Assembly (NCBI RefSeq): GCF_013167455.1 | Contig: NZ_CP038328.1 | Source: Escherichia coli O157:H7 | GTDB taxonomy: Bacteria > Pseudomonadota > Gammaproteobacteria > Enterobacterales > Enterobacteriaceae | Direction: 5' to 3' (one strand) | Length of the DNA: 64,000 nt | Part shown: piece after piece, positions 16,391 to 25,975 of the stretch | Numbering within the stretch: the stretch's first letter is position 1 | Layout: every line of letters starts with the position of its first letter | Made by a program: the position numbers and the translations under genes | The notes under the pieces: generated by a model | The model's input: only the letters and a program-made list of their open reading frames with translations | The model's database searches: none | What the model was told of the DNA's origin: nothing

Positions 16391-17413
16391 TTAAACCTCT
16401 GTAGAGCGGTTTCCGCTGGGTGAGTTATGCCTGTTGAAAAAATCAACGATGGCGTGGAGCGCAACTGAGCGCATTGCGTCCTTTTCAAAAAGGATCTCAT
16501 GGTACGCACCTTTAATTACCAGCGGTCGTCCCCCTTCGACAGGATGGCCCGCGGCGGTGCGGAGTTCACAAAAACGGTCATGAATGCGGTTATCCACCAC
16601 GCGTTCCTCTTCAGCCTGCAAGAGAAGCGTTGGCGTGGCGTCATCACCCGCACCGGCTAACACCTGTTCGCCAGCCAGAATACTTTCGCGTACCCAATGG
16701 TAGGTCGGCCCACCGACGCGAATCGTTGGGTCATCAGCATAGAAGCGTAAGTTACGTCGATATCGCTGTCTGCTGTGGGTCAGTACGTTGATAGCAAACG
16801 GCAACGCGCGCCAGCGCCCGGTGCCTATTGCATAGCCATCACGGAAACGTGGATGCGCTTCGGCCCAGTTGAGGATCTGCCGTGCCATAAATGACGGCAT
16901 ACGAATCACGATCCCAAACATTGGCGCAGTTAGCGCAATGGCGTCACATACACCTGGATGGCGTTGCAGAAATAATGTGGAGATCGCACCGCCCATCGAA
17001 TGTGCCAGTATATAGCGTTTACGCCACGGACCGGGCTGGACCTCCTGTTGCCAGAATGCCGCCAGATCATCAACATAATCATTAAAGCGATTAACATGCC
17101 CGAGATGCGGATCGGCTAACAGGCGACCGGAACGTCCCTGCCCGCGATGGTCGATGATTAAGACATCAAACCCCAAATGGAACAAATCGTAGGCCAGTTC
17201 CGCATATTTTACGTAACTCTCAATACGCCCCGGGCAGATGACTACCACCCGGTCATGGTGCTGTGCGCGAAAACGGACAAAGCGCACCGGAATGTCATCC
17301 ACACCAGTAAACTCTGCTTCATCACGCTGACGCCAGAAATCAGTCAGCGGTCCCATGGTAAAAGCAGCAAACGCGTTTTCTCTTGTTTCCCAGTCTTTTT
17401 GCTGCTGAAACAT
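16391..17413 (-). CDS. pldB: Lysophospholipase L2
   Basis: 340-aa ORF with alpha/beta-hydrolase GxSxG motif (AHSMGG); pldB-yigL order. Confidence 0.9.
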   Translation of the reverse strand: MFQQQKDWETRENAFAAFTMGPLTDFWRQRDEAEFTGVDDIPVRFVRFRAQHHDRVVVICPGRIESYVKYAELAYDLFHLGFDVLIIDHRGQGRSGRLLADPHLGHVNRFNDYVDDLAAFWQQEVQPGPWRKRYILAHSMGGAISTLFLQRHPGVCDAIALTAPMFGIVIRMPSFMARQILNWAEAHPRFRDGYAIGTGRWRALPFAINVLTHSRQRYRRNLRFYADDPTIRVGGPTYHWVRESILAGEQVLAGAGDDATPTLLLQAEEERVVDNRIHDRFCELRTAAGHPVEGGRPLVIKGAYHEILFEKDAMRSVALHAIVDFFNRHNSPSGNRSTEV

Positions 17414-17523
17414 CGGGTAATCTGCCTCTTAAACCACGTAAAATCGTTTTTTTTAGCGTGCCTGACACAACGCTGCGACAGTAGCGTATTGTGGCACAAA
17501 AATAGACACACCGGGAGTTCATC

Positions 17524-18144
17524 ATGACCTTAGAATGGTGGTTTGCCTACCTACTGACATCAATCATTTTAAGCCTGTCGCCAGGCTCTGGTGCAATCAA
17601 CACTATGACCACCTCGCTCAACCACGGTTATCGCGGCGCGGTGGCGTCTATTGCCGGGCTTCAGACCGGACTGGCGATTCATATTGTGCTGGTTGGCGTG
17701 GGGTTGGGGACGCTATTTTCCCGCTCAGTGATTGCGTTTGAAGTGTTGAAGTGGGCAGGCGCGGCTTACTTGATTTGGCTGGGAATACAGCAATGGCGCG
17801 CCGCTGGCGCAATTGATCTTAAATCGCTGGCCTCTACTCAATCGCGTCGACATTTGTTCCAGCGCGCAGTTTTTGTGAATCTCACCAATCCCAAAAGTAT
17901 TGTGTTTCTGGCGGCGCTATTTCCGCAATTCATCATGCCGCAACAGCCGCAACTGATGCAGTATATCGTGCTCGGTGTCACCACTATTGTGGTCGATATT
18001 ATTGTGATGATCGGTTACGCCACCCTTGCTCAACGGATTGCTCTATGGATTAAAGGACCAAAGCAGATGAAGGCGCTGAATAAGATTTTCGGCTCGTTGT
18101 TTATGCTGGTGGGAGCGCTGTTAGCATCGGCGAGGCATGCGTGA
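17524..18144 (+). CDS. rhtB: LysE-family homoserine/homoserine-lactone exporter RhtB
   Basis: 206-aa membrane ORF recognised as RhtB. Confidence 0.9.
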
Positions 18145-18152
18145 AAAATAAT

Positions 18153-18182
18153 GTCGGATGCGGCGTAAACGCCTTATCCGAC
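18153..18182. repeat. REP (repetitive extragenic palindrome) element
   Basis: gtcggatgcggcgtaaacgccttatccgac matches the E. coli REP consensus; lies between convergent rhtB and rhtC. Confidence 0.8.
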
Positions 18183-18205
18183 TTACTCTGAAGACGCGTC
18201 TGGCA

Positions 18206-18826
18206 TTACCGCGAAATAATCAAATGAATGCCAAATCCGGCAAATAACGCCCCGGCAAAACCATCAATCCACTTCGCCAGACGTTGATAACCACGGCGCA
18301 TTTGCGGCAGGGCAAACAGGCTGGCCACCACAGTAAACCACGCCAGCGTTTCGACAATAATCAACGCGAAAATGCCCCAGCGCGCGGTAGTGCCAACGTT
18401 ATCACCGACAAACAATGAGAACACCGAGCCAAAGTAGATAATCGCTTTCGGATTAGCGAGATTGGTCAGTAAACCTTTCAGGAAACTGCGCCCACTTTTC
18501 GCCAGCTCGACCTGTGGCGCAGGTGCAGAAACCGCCTCTTTTTTCAGCGCGCCGCGCAGCATCTGGTAACCCATCCAGCAGAGATACAGGCCACCGCCAA
18601 CCATAATCAGCGTATGCAGCCAGGCCATTTTTTCGATAATCAAATGCAGGCCAAGCAACGCAATCCCTGCCCAAACCATAACGCCGCAGGTAATACCCAG
18701 CACGCCCATCATCGCTTCTTTACGGGAACGACTGACAGCGGTCTGAGAGACAAAAAAGAAATCGGGACCGGGACTCATAAGCGCCACAATGTGCACCATG
18801 GCGACGGTGAGAAATAACATCAACAT
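18206..18826 (-). CDS. rhtC: LysE-family threonine exporter RhtC
   Basis: 206-aa membrane ORF recognised as RhtC. Confidence 0.9.
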   Translation of the reverse strand: MLMLFLTVAMVHIVALMSPGPDFFFVSQTAVSRSRKEAMMGVLGITCGVMVWAGIALLGLHLIIEKMAWLHTLIMVGGGLYLCWMGYQMLRGALKKEAVSAPAPQVELAKSGRSFLKGLLTNLANPKAIIYFGSVFSLFVGDNVGTTARWGIFALIIVETLAWFTVVASLFALPQMRRGYQRLAKWIDGFAGALFAGFGIHLIISR

Positions 18827-18889
18827 ACATTTGACTCGCGGGGGAAACGTTTACGGAGTCTTCATCCTGGCACTTTTTTATGCTGCTGA

Positions 18890-20725
18890 CTACTCTTCGT
18901 CGTCGCCATCGACATGCGCACGAATCAGCGCCATAAACGGTTTACCAAAGCGTTCCAGCTTGCGCATCCCAACGCCGTTAACGCTGAGCATTTCGCTGGC
19001 GGTGATCGGCATCTGTTCAGCCATCTCAATCAAGGTTGCGTCGTTAAACACCACGTACGGCGGGACATTACTTTCATCGGCAATCGATTTACGCAGTTTG
19101 CGTAATTTGGCGAACAGTTTGCGATCATAGTTGCCGCCGAACGATTTCTGCATCGCTTTCGGTTTGAGCGCCACGATACGCGGCACGGCAAGTTGTAAAG
19201 AGGATTCGCCGCGCAGCACCGGGCGCGCGGCCTCTGTCAGTTGTAGGGCAGAATGCTGGGCAATATTTTGCGTCACCAGGCCGAGGTGAATCAGCTGGCG
19301 GATCACGCTCACCCAATGTTCATGGCTTTTATCACGGCCCATGCCATAGACTTTCAGTTTGTCATGACCATAGTCGCGGATACGCTGGTTATTAGCACCA
19401 CGAATCACTTCCACCACATAACCCATCCCAAACCGCTGATTCACACGACCAATGGTGGAAAGGGCAATCTGAGCATCGGTTGAACCGTCGTACTGTTTCG
19501 GCGGATCGAGGCAGATATCGCAGTTCCCGCACGGCTCCTGACGCCCTTCGCCAAAATAGTTCAGCAATACCAGACGACGGCAAGTTTGCGCTTCGGCAAA
19601 CGCGCCCATCGCATTGAGTTTGTGGCGCTCGATATCCTGCAACTGCCCCTGCGGCTTCTCTTCCAGACAACGGCGCAGCCACGCCATATCAGCTGGATCG
19701 TAAAACAACATCGCTTCCGCAGGCAGGCCATCACGCCCGGCGCGACCGGTTTCCTGATAATAGGATTCGATATTGCGCGGAATATCAAAGTGGACCACGA
19801 AGCGAACGTTTGGTTTATTGATGCCCATGCCGAACGCCACCGTCGCCACCACAATTTGCAGGTCATCGCGCTGGAATTTCTCCTGCACGTCGGCGCGGAC
19901 ATTATTTTCCAGCCCGGCATGATAGGCCGCCGCGCTAATACCCTTGCTTTGCAGGCGCGCAGCGGTGTCTTCTACTTTCGCCCGGCTGTTGCAGTAGATA
20001 ATGCCGGACTTACCGCGCTGTTCCTGCACGTAGCGCATCAACTGATCGAGCGGTTTGAATTTCTCCATCAGCATGTAGCGAATATTCGGACGGTCAAAAC
20101 TGCTGATTTGAATCAGCGGATCGTTCAGCCCCAGCAGGCGCACGATATCCTGGCGCGTGGTGTCGTCGGCTGTGGCGGTCAGCGCCATAAACGGCAGCGT
20201 CGGGAACCGCTGGCGCAACTGACCGAGCGCGGCATATTCCGGGCGGAAATCGTGGCCCCATTGGGAGATACAGTGCGCTTCATCAACGGCTAATAACACC
20301 GGATTCCAGTGCGCCAGATGCTCAAGAAAGTTATCCAGCATCAGGCGTTCCGGGGCGATATAAAGCAGACGAATTTGCCCGGTGCGGCAGCCTGTCATCA
20401 CTTCAAGTTGCTGTTCGCGGGTTTGCGTCGAGTTAAGGCACGCCGCCGCCACGCCGTTGGCTTGCAGTTGATCCACCTGATCTTTCATCAACGAAATCAG
20501 CGGTGAAACAACCACGGTAAGGCCGTTTAGCAATAAGGCAGGAATTTGATAGCAAAGGGATTTTCCGCCACCGGTGGGCATGACGACCAGGCAATCGCGA
20601 CCGGAAAGCACAGTGTCGATAATTTCTTCCTGGCCGGGGCGAAACTGTTGGTAGCCAAAGGTTTCTTGTAAAACCTGTTTAGCTCCGGACTCCAGATTCA
20701 ACACTTCCGCCTGCGCCACATTCAC
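18890..20725 (-). CDS. recQ: ATP-dependent DNA helicase RecQ
   Basis: Helicase motifs present (Walker [16 protein letters not shown] box [14 protein letters not shown]), zinc-binding cysteines and C-terminal HRDC region; ORF starts at GTG, and the true start may be the GTG two codons downstream (20719). Confidence 0.95.
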   Translation of the reverse strand: MNVAQAEVLNLESGAKQVLQETFGYQQFRPGQEEIIDTVLSGRDCLVVMPTGGGKSLCYQIPALLLNGLTVVVSPLISLMKDQVDQLQANGVAAACLNSTQTREQQLEVMTGCRTGQIRLLYIAPERLMLDNFLEHLAHWNPVLLAVDEAHCISQWGHDFRPEYAALGQLRQRFPTLPFMALTATADDTTRQDIVRLLGLNDPLIQISSFDRPNIRYMLMEKFKPLDQLMRYVQEQRGKSGIIYCNSRAKVEDTAARLQSKGISAAAYHAGLENNVRADVQEKFQRDDLQIVVATVAFGMGINKPNVRFVVHFDIPRNIESYYQETGRAGRDGLPAEAMLFYDPADMAWLRRCLEEKPQGQLQDIERHKLNAMGAFAEAQTCRRLVLLNYFGEGRQEPCGNCDICLDPPKQYDGSTDAQIALSTIGRVNQRFGMGYVVEVIRGANNQRIRDYGHDKLKVYGMGRDKSHEHWVSVIRQLIHLGLVTQNIAQHSALQLTEAARPVLRGESSLQLAVPRIVALKPKAMQKSFGGNYDRKLFAKLRKLRKSIADESNVPPYVVFNDATLIEMAEQMPITASEMLSVNGVGMRKLERFGKPFMALIRAHVDGDDEE

Positions 20726-20740
20726 CCCGATTGCCTGAAA

Positions 20741-20768
20741 TAAAAACAGGCGCTATTTTCAGCGCCTG
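20741..20768 (-). terminator. Intrinsic terminator downstream of pldA
   Basis: 8-bp stem caggcgct / agcgcctg followed by a T-run on the minus strand. Confidence 0.55.
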
Positions 20769-20851
20769 CGCGAGAAACTGCAATGCTTTTAGTCTCTGAG
20801 AGGGTAATCCTGGATGCTGGATTCCAGATTTGCCAACCACTCAACCGTTCA

Positions 20852-21721
20852 TCAAAACAAATCGTTTAGCATAACCCCCACACCGACACGGGTCTGGTTG
20901 AAGTTATAGTCGATGAGCGATTCGCCATAGCCGCTGTAAACCTGAGTATAAAGGCGCACATGTTTGGTGATCGGGTAACTTAAGCCTAACTCCGCGCCGC
21001 CGTAGCCGGTGTTCCAGTTGTACTGTCCTTTCGCACTGAGCACCGCATCACCGAGGTGATAGCCGATTTTAAGCTGGTAGTAACCCATATATTTGGTGAT
21101 ATCCGGGTTATCGTCAGTATTACCCACCACATACCACGGCTTCACTTCTACCAGCCAGTTACCGTTTTCTGCCATCAGGCGAGTATAAAGGCGGTTCCAG
21201 CTGCGGGAGGTCGGGTCTGAACGCCCGTTAGAGTCGTGGTTATACCCCATCTCCACATCGCGCAGCGTCCAACCTGCAAAACGGTAATCGGTGGCAAAAC
21301 CGAGGAACAATTGCGGTTCGTAGTTGGTTTCACGAAACGGTGAAGACTCTTCGCTATTGGACAGTTGCCACCAGGATTTTTGCGTATAAGACGCACCCAA
21401 CACCGAGTTCGGGCCTAAAATCCCACGCCACAGCGGAAATGCCAGGCTCAACTGAAACTTTACTTCATCCTTACGCGCATTTTCCGCCCAGTCGTAACTG
21501 GCAATCGCTTCTTTGTTCAGATCGCTGGTTTGGGTGTAGATGAGGTAGTTGGTGTCATAAGGATAGAGCGTGAACGGATTGTCATGCTCCTGCAGCATAT
21601 TGGCGATAATACTGCCACGCACCGCTGGCGCGTCATGCACCTCTTTCACCGTTGCCTCTTGTGCATATACTGCCATAGGCAACATAAACACCGGCAACAA
21701 CCAGCCCTGCAGAGTCCGCAT
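20852..21721 (-). CDS. pldA: Outer-membrane phospholipase A
   Basis: 289-aa ORF with signal peptide (MRTLQGWLLPVFMLPMAVYAQE); recognised as PldA. Confidence 0.95.
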   Translation of the reverse strand: MRTLQGWLLPVFMLPMAVYAQEATVKEVHDAPAVRGSIIANMLQEHDNPFTLYPYDTNYLIYTQTSDLNKEAIASYDWAENARKDEVKFQLSLAFPLWRGILGPNSVLGASYTQKSWWQLSNSEESSPFRETNYEPQLFLGFATDYRFAGWTLRDVEMGYNHDSNGRSDPTSRSWNRLYTRLMAENGNWLVEVKPWYVVGNTDDNPDITKYMGYYQLKIGYHLGDAVLSAKGQYNWNTGYGGAELGLSYPITKHVRLYTQVYSGYGESLIDYNFNQTRVGVGVMLNDLF

Positions 21722-21885
21722 CGGTCGTGTTCTCCGTAACGAATTATTGATAAGGTGAATGTTTTTCTGCGGGGTATTTTACATACTTAACTCCATTGCC
21801 GTTAGTTATCCCTTCCTAAAGTAGAAACCAACAACAAAGAATCATAAAATCAACATTTCATTAACCAATGAAGTGTAAGGATGAT

Positions 21886-22353
21886 ATGTCTGCCGTACTG
21901 ACCGCTGAACAAGCCCTGAAATTAGTGGGTGAGATGTTTGTTTATCACATGCCATTTAACCGCGCATTGGGGATGGAACTGGAGCGTTACGAAAAAGAGT
22001 TCGCACAGCTGGCCTTTAAAAATCAGCCAATGATGGTGGGCAACTGGGCGCAAAGCATTTTGCACGGCGGGGTCATTGCGTCGGCGCTGGATGTCGCCGC
22101 CGGTCTGGTGTGCGTAGGAAGTACCTTAACCCGCCACGAAACCATCAGTGAAGATGAACTACGCCAGCGGCTATCGCGGATGGGGACCATTGATCTTCGC
22201 GTCGATTATCTGCGCCCAGGCAGAGGCGAGCGTTTTACTGCTACCAGTAGCCTGTTGCGTGCAGGCAATAAAGTCGCCGTCGCCCGCGTTGAATTACACA
22301 ATGAAGAACAGCTTTATATTGCCAGTGCCACCGCCACCTATATGGTAGGTTGA
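21886..22353 (+). CDS. yigI: Hotdog-fold thioesterase YigI
   Basis: Start at internal Met [18 protein letters not shown] (155 aa); position between pldA and rarD. Confidence 0.8.
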   Translation: MSAVLTAEQALKLVGEMFVYHMPFNRALGMELERYEKEFAQLAFKNQPMMVGNWAQSILHGGVIASALDVAAGLVCVGSTLTRHETISEDELRQRLSRMGTIDLRVDYLRPGRGERFTATSSLLRAGNKVAVARVELHNEEQLYIASATATYMVG

Positions 22354-22404
22354 AGACATAAAAGCAGGTAAACTGCTGTTACCAATTAAAAATGAGTATT
22401 CCCG

Positions 22405-23292
22405 ATGGATGCAAAACAAACGCGGCAGGGCGTATTACTCGCTCTTGCCGCTTATTTTATTTGGGGTATAGCCCCAGCGTACTTCAAGTTGATTTACTAC
22501 GTGCCCGCCGATGAGATCCTGACGCATCGCGTGATCTGGTCGTTTTTCTTTATGGTGGTGCTGATGAGCATTTGCCGCCAGTGGTCCTATTTAAAAACGC
22601 TGATTCAGACGCCACAGAAAATTTTTATGCTGGCAGTCTCTGCCGTGCTGATTGGTGGCAACTGGCTACTGTTTATCTGGGCGGTGAACAATCACCATAT
22701 GCTGGAAGCGAGCCTTGGTTACTTTATTAACCCGCTGGTGAACATTGTGCTGGGGATGATTTTCCTCGGCGAGCGATTCCGCCGGATGCAATGGCTGGCG
22801 GTGATTCTGGCGATATGTGGCGTGTTAGTCCAGCTGTGGACTTTTGGTTCGCTACCTATTATCGCGCTGGGGCTGGCATTTAGTTTTGCCTTCTACGGCC
22901 TGGTGCGCAAGAAGATTGCGGTAGAAGCACAAACCGGCATGTTAATTGAAACCATGTGGCTGCTGCCCGTGGCGGCGATTTACCTGTTTGCTATTGCCGA
23001 CAGCTCAACCAGCCATATGGGGCAAAACCCGATGTCGCTGAATTTACTGCTGATCGCCGCCGGTATTGTCACTACCGTACCGCTGTTGTGTTTTACCGCC
23101 GCTGCCACGCGCCTTCGTCTCTCAACGTTAGGCTTTTTCCAGTACATTGGCCCGACGCTGATGTTCCTGCTGGCTGTGACGTTTTATGGTGAAAAACCGG
23201 GTGCCGATAAGATGGTGACTTTCACCTTTATTTGGGTGGCGCTGGCAATTTTTGTGATGGATGCGATTTATACGCAGCGTAGAAAAAGTTAA
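22405..23292 (+). CDS. rarD: EamA/DMT-family transporter RarD
   Basis: 295-aa polytopic membrane ORF MDAKQTRQGVLLALAAYFIWGIAPAYFKL... recognised as RarD. Confidence 0.9.
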   Translation: MDAKQTRQGVLLALAAYFIWGIAPAYFKLIYYVPADEILTHRVIWSFFFMVVLMSICRQWSYLKTLIQTPQKIFMLAVSAVLIGGNWLLFIWAVNNHHMLEASLGYFINPLVNIVLGMIFLGERFRRMQWLAVILAICGVLVQLWTFGSLPIIALGLAFSFAFYGLVRKKIAVEAQTGMLIETMWLLPVAAIYLFAIADSSTSHMGQNPMSLNLLLIAAGIVTTVPLLCFTAAATRLRLSTLGFFQYIGPTLMFLLAVTFYGEKPGADKMVTFTFIWVALAIFVMDAIYTQRRKS

Positions 23293-23338
23293 GAATTAAC
23301 ATGGGTAGGCCGTTTAAAGAGCCTACCCACTGACTTAT

Positions 23339-23653
23339 TTATCTTTTTTTGAAAAAAATTAAGATAAGAAAAAGAACAATATTTGTTACAGGAAATCCCC
23401 CCAAAACTCCCCAGTACTTACTCCATCCTAGAGACATCGTATATCTACCAAGGATTTGACAAAACCCAAAACTTAACCCTATACCTATACTTCTTAAATT
23501 TAATGTCGTAGTCAGGCTTAAAATAAATAGAACAAGGATGGTAATAGCCCACCACAATAACCATGCCTTAACAAAATCAGATTTTTTGCTGTAAGGTTCT
23601 TTACCCAAGAACAACTGCCAAAAGTTACCATTTCCCATATAGAATCCATTCAC
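23339..23653 (-). CDS. Hypothetical small membrane protein (104 aa)
   Basis: ORF in AT-rich DNA with two clear hydrophobic segments (WLLWWAITILVLFILSL; FPVTNIVLFLILIFF); no family recognised; this is where E. coli K-12 has yigG, but I cannot confirm equivalence. Confidence 0.45.
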   Translation of the reverse strand: MNGFYMGNGNFWQLFLGKEPYSKKSDFVKAWLLWWAITILVLFILSLTTTLNLRSIGIGLSFGFCQILGRYTMSLGWSKYWGVLGGFPVTNIVLFLILIFFKKR

Positions 23654-23853
23654 CCAAGATATTGTTTATAGAATAAAAATACATTCCAATTATATTTAAT
23701 TAAAATATACCCCATCAATAAAAACTTACACACTCTAAATTACTACTGTATAGTTATCAATGCAAAGACTGCTATATTGCATATATATATGCAAACCACA
23801 TAATTCAGGTAATATATATTCAAAACAATTATATATATAAAACAATGTAAAAA

Positions 23854-24240
23854 ATGTTCAAATCATCCATCAGAAATATATTCTACCCATCCAAGCTTGA
23901 GCGTTTATCACGCTTTCAGTTCATAATCTATACATTAACATCATGGTCAATATTAATAACTTTGAATGATATCAACCTGGCTTTGAGTTTTATTCTGGTT
24001 ATTAATAATACCTATGTAAATATCAATATTGGAGCAAAAAGAATAAGAGATACTGGATGTAAGGCAATCTACTTTGTATTGATTTCATTGGGTTTGACAC
24101 TTTTTTCTATTATCTCTGCAGCAATTGAAGGGGTGAGATGTGAGTCATTAAGCGTCCAACTCAACGTGGCATGGATATTATTCACAACAATTATGTTATC
24201 TGCGATTCCCTCTGCTAAAATGTCGCTGTCAGCACACTAA
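23854..24240 (+). CDS. Small inner-membrane protein, DUF805-like (possible yigF/yigG equivalent)
   Basis: 128-aa ORF in AT-rich DNA; motifs LERLSRFQF and KRIRDTG...IYFVL resemble the N-terminal R-rich and RRLHDxxxSxWW signatures of DUF805 proteins as I remember them; tentative. Confidence 0.55.
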   Translation: MFKSSIRNIFYPSKLERLSRFQFIIYTLTSWSILITLNDINLALSFILVINNTYVNINIGAKRIRDTGCKAIYFVLISLGLTLFSIISAAIEGVRCESLSVQLNVAWILFTTIMLSAIPSAKMSLSAH

Positions 24241-24264
24241 CTTACTCACAGCGACATCGTATAG

Positions 24265-24408
24265 TTACAGCCAGTTCTTGCGCTTAAAGTACAGATACGG
24301 TGCCAGGCCCGCGAGGATCATAAAGATAATCGCGCCTGGGTAGCCGAAACTCCACTTCAGTTCTGGCATAAACTCAAAGTTCATGCCATAGCTGGAGGCA
24401 ATCGGCGT
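24265..24408 (-). pseudogene. Orphan duplicate of the corA 3' end (last ~44 codons, including stop)
   Basis: 24265-24384 is near-identical (about 2 mismatches in 120 bp) to 25976-26095, the 3' end of intact corA, and encodes [44 protein letters not shown]; similarity decays over the next ~25 bp. ORF track shows this as part of a 67-aa ORF 24265..24468. Confidence 0.85.
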
Positions 24409-24597
24409 AGGAAAAAGTTTCCTAATCGGTAAATTCAATATTTTGTTATTAACAATGAGCAAGACCAATCATTAACGACGTTCTCTTCAGAGATGTAATG
24501 AAAAAATGTGAAGTGTACTTCTTTTTTAAATATTTTTTTACCCTAGCATTTGTTCTCAAATTGATATTGAGCTTAAATATAACCAAGGAAAATGTAA

Positions 24598-25446
24598 ATG
24601 AATAACACATTACTTCCATCAATTAATATTCCCTGTACACTTTTCGAAACTATTAGTTTATTTGATAATTATTCTGCTGATGATATGCAATATGGTGATA
24701 TGGTAGAACAAGATTTTCTCTCACTCGGCCTAAGCGATATCTCAGCAAAAGTTGATCCTTACAGACTTATTAAATACCATTTCCCTGGCCCAGGTTCTAT
24801 TAATGTTGCTTTTAGTGCCTCAAGTTCCGGAACAAAAATATCACAACGTGAATGCACTGATATTTTATTTGCAGAAATGAAAGAACTAGCAAAAATGTTT
24901 TCCTTTTTTGGACAATATAAAACACTTATCGAAGATCTGATTGAACATTTTAGATATGGAAATGGCAGCAATTTTCATAGCCAACAATTAAATTTATCTT
25001 TTCATGAAAAAATAAATAAATATGGTTATAATAGTCCAATACGAATAATCAAAGAATGTATCGAAAATGGCATTAATTCAACTCCCTCGACAGGATACCA
25101 ACCTCTTATCCTGCAAAGCATTAAAACCAAATTACTTTCATCAAGACTAAATAAATTTAATGACTTCGAGGACAGTTTTAATGGCTTAGGAATCAGTGTT
25201 CATGATATTTCAGCTCAAAAAATATCTCTTTTAAGTTTTCAAAAATACGCTATAGGATGGAGTGCAACAATTCATTTTGTAGCACAGGACCACTTCGGTC
25301 TTGATGTAACTGATATCAAAAACAAGACTTACAGCAAATATAGATTTTTTCGCATATGGTTCTTTTTACAACGGCATAAAGACTTTGCTTTCAAACCTTT
25401 TTTCACCAATTTTAACACTATCGAAAGAATCGAAAATTATCTATGA
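24598..25446 (+). CDS. Hypothetical protein, 282 aa, no export signal, family not recognised (cassette gene A)
   Basis: Long ORF in strongly AT-rich DNA (by eye about 30-35% G+C; not computed), where chance long ORFs are unlikely; AAGGA Shine-Dalgarno about 8 nt upstream of the ATG; stop overlaps the start of the next ORF (ATGA at 25443-25446); no N-terminal hydrophobic segment. Confidence 0.75.
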   Translation: MNNTLLPSINIPCTLFETISLFDNYSADDMQYGDMVEQDFLSLGLSDISAKVDPYRLIKYHFPGPGSINVAFSASSSGTKISQRECTDILFAEMKELAKMFSFFGQYKTLIEDLIEHFRYGNGSNFHSQQLNLSFHEKINKYGYNSPIRIIKECIENGINSTPSTGYQPLILQSIKTKLLSSRLNKFNDFEDSFNGLGISVHDISAQKISLLSFQKYAIGWSATIHFVAQDHFGLDVTDIKNKTYSKYRFFRIWFFLQRHKDFAFKPFFTNFNTIERIENYL

Positions 25447-25934
25447 AAAGCAAACTCCAAAAAATTATATTATGTTTATTTCTTCTATGCTGCATCTATA
25501 ATTTATGGACATTGCGTCCTGTACAGATTTTGTATACATACTCTGATGCTGGCAATTCAGTCTTTCTGGTCGTTGATCATCTGCCATGGACTGACAGCGA
25601 TAAAATAAATTGGTATCTGAAGCATCAGAATGAAATTAAAAATCAACATCCCCTACCAGAAGGTAGTTGGCATACCTGGTATGTCATTGATATCGGTAAT
25701 GGCTTCACTGACTATAAAAAATATATCGAAGGGCCGTATGAAGATCTCTACTGTTTCCCGACAATTAAGAGCAATGATAATTGCATCACGAAAAATTACT
25801 TAATGGTTATTAATGAATACCCTTATCGTAACACTCATATTGGTATTAACGATTTTACTGAGTATCAATTAACACAAGAAAATAAAATAGAGCAAGTTTT
25901 CAATCCGCATAACTTTAAAAAAGACAATTTTTAG
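25443..25934 (+). CDS. Hypothetical exported or membrane-anchored protein, 163 aa (cassette gene B)
   Basis: ATG overlaps the stop of gene A (translational coupling); N-terminus MKSKLQKIILCLFLLCCIYNLW has a basic n-region and about 15-residue hydrophobic core (signal peptide or signal anchor); same low G+C as gene A; family not recognised. Confidence 0.7.
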   Translation: MKSKLQKIILCLFLLCCIYNLWTLRPVQILYTYSDAGNSVFLVVDHLPWTDSDKINWYLKHQNEIKNQHPLPEGSWHTWYVIDIGNGFTDYKKYIEGPYEDLYCFPTIKSNDNCITKNYLMVINEYPYRNTHIGINDFTEYQLTQENKIEQVFNPHNFKKDNF

Positions 25935-25940
25935 AAATAA

Positions 25941-25968
25941 GCCGGATAAAAAAATAGCTTTATCCGGC
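25941..25968 (-). terminator. Hairpin terminator immediately downstream of corA
   Basis: 10-bp inverted repeat gccggataaa / tttatccggc with 8-nt loop; on the minus strand it is followed by a T-rich tract, so it reads as the corA terminator; on the + strand it follows cassette gene B without a T-run. Confidence 0.6.
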
Positions 25969-25975
25969 ACTCATA

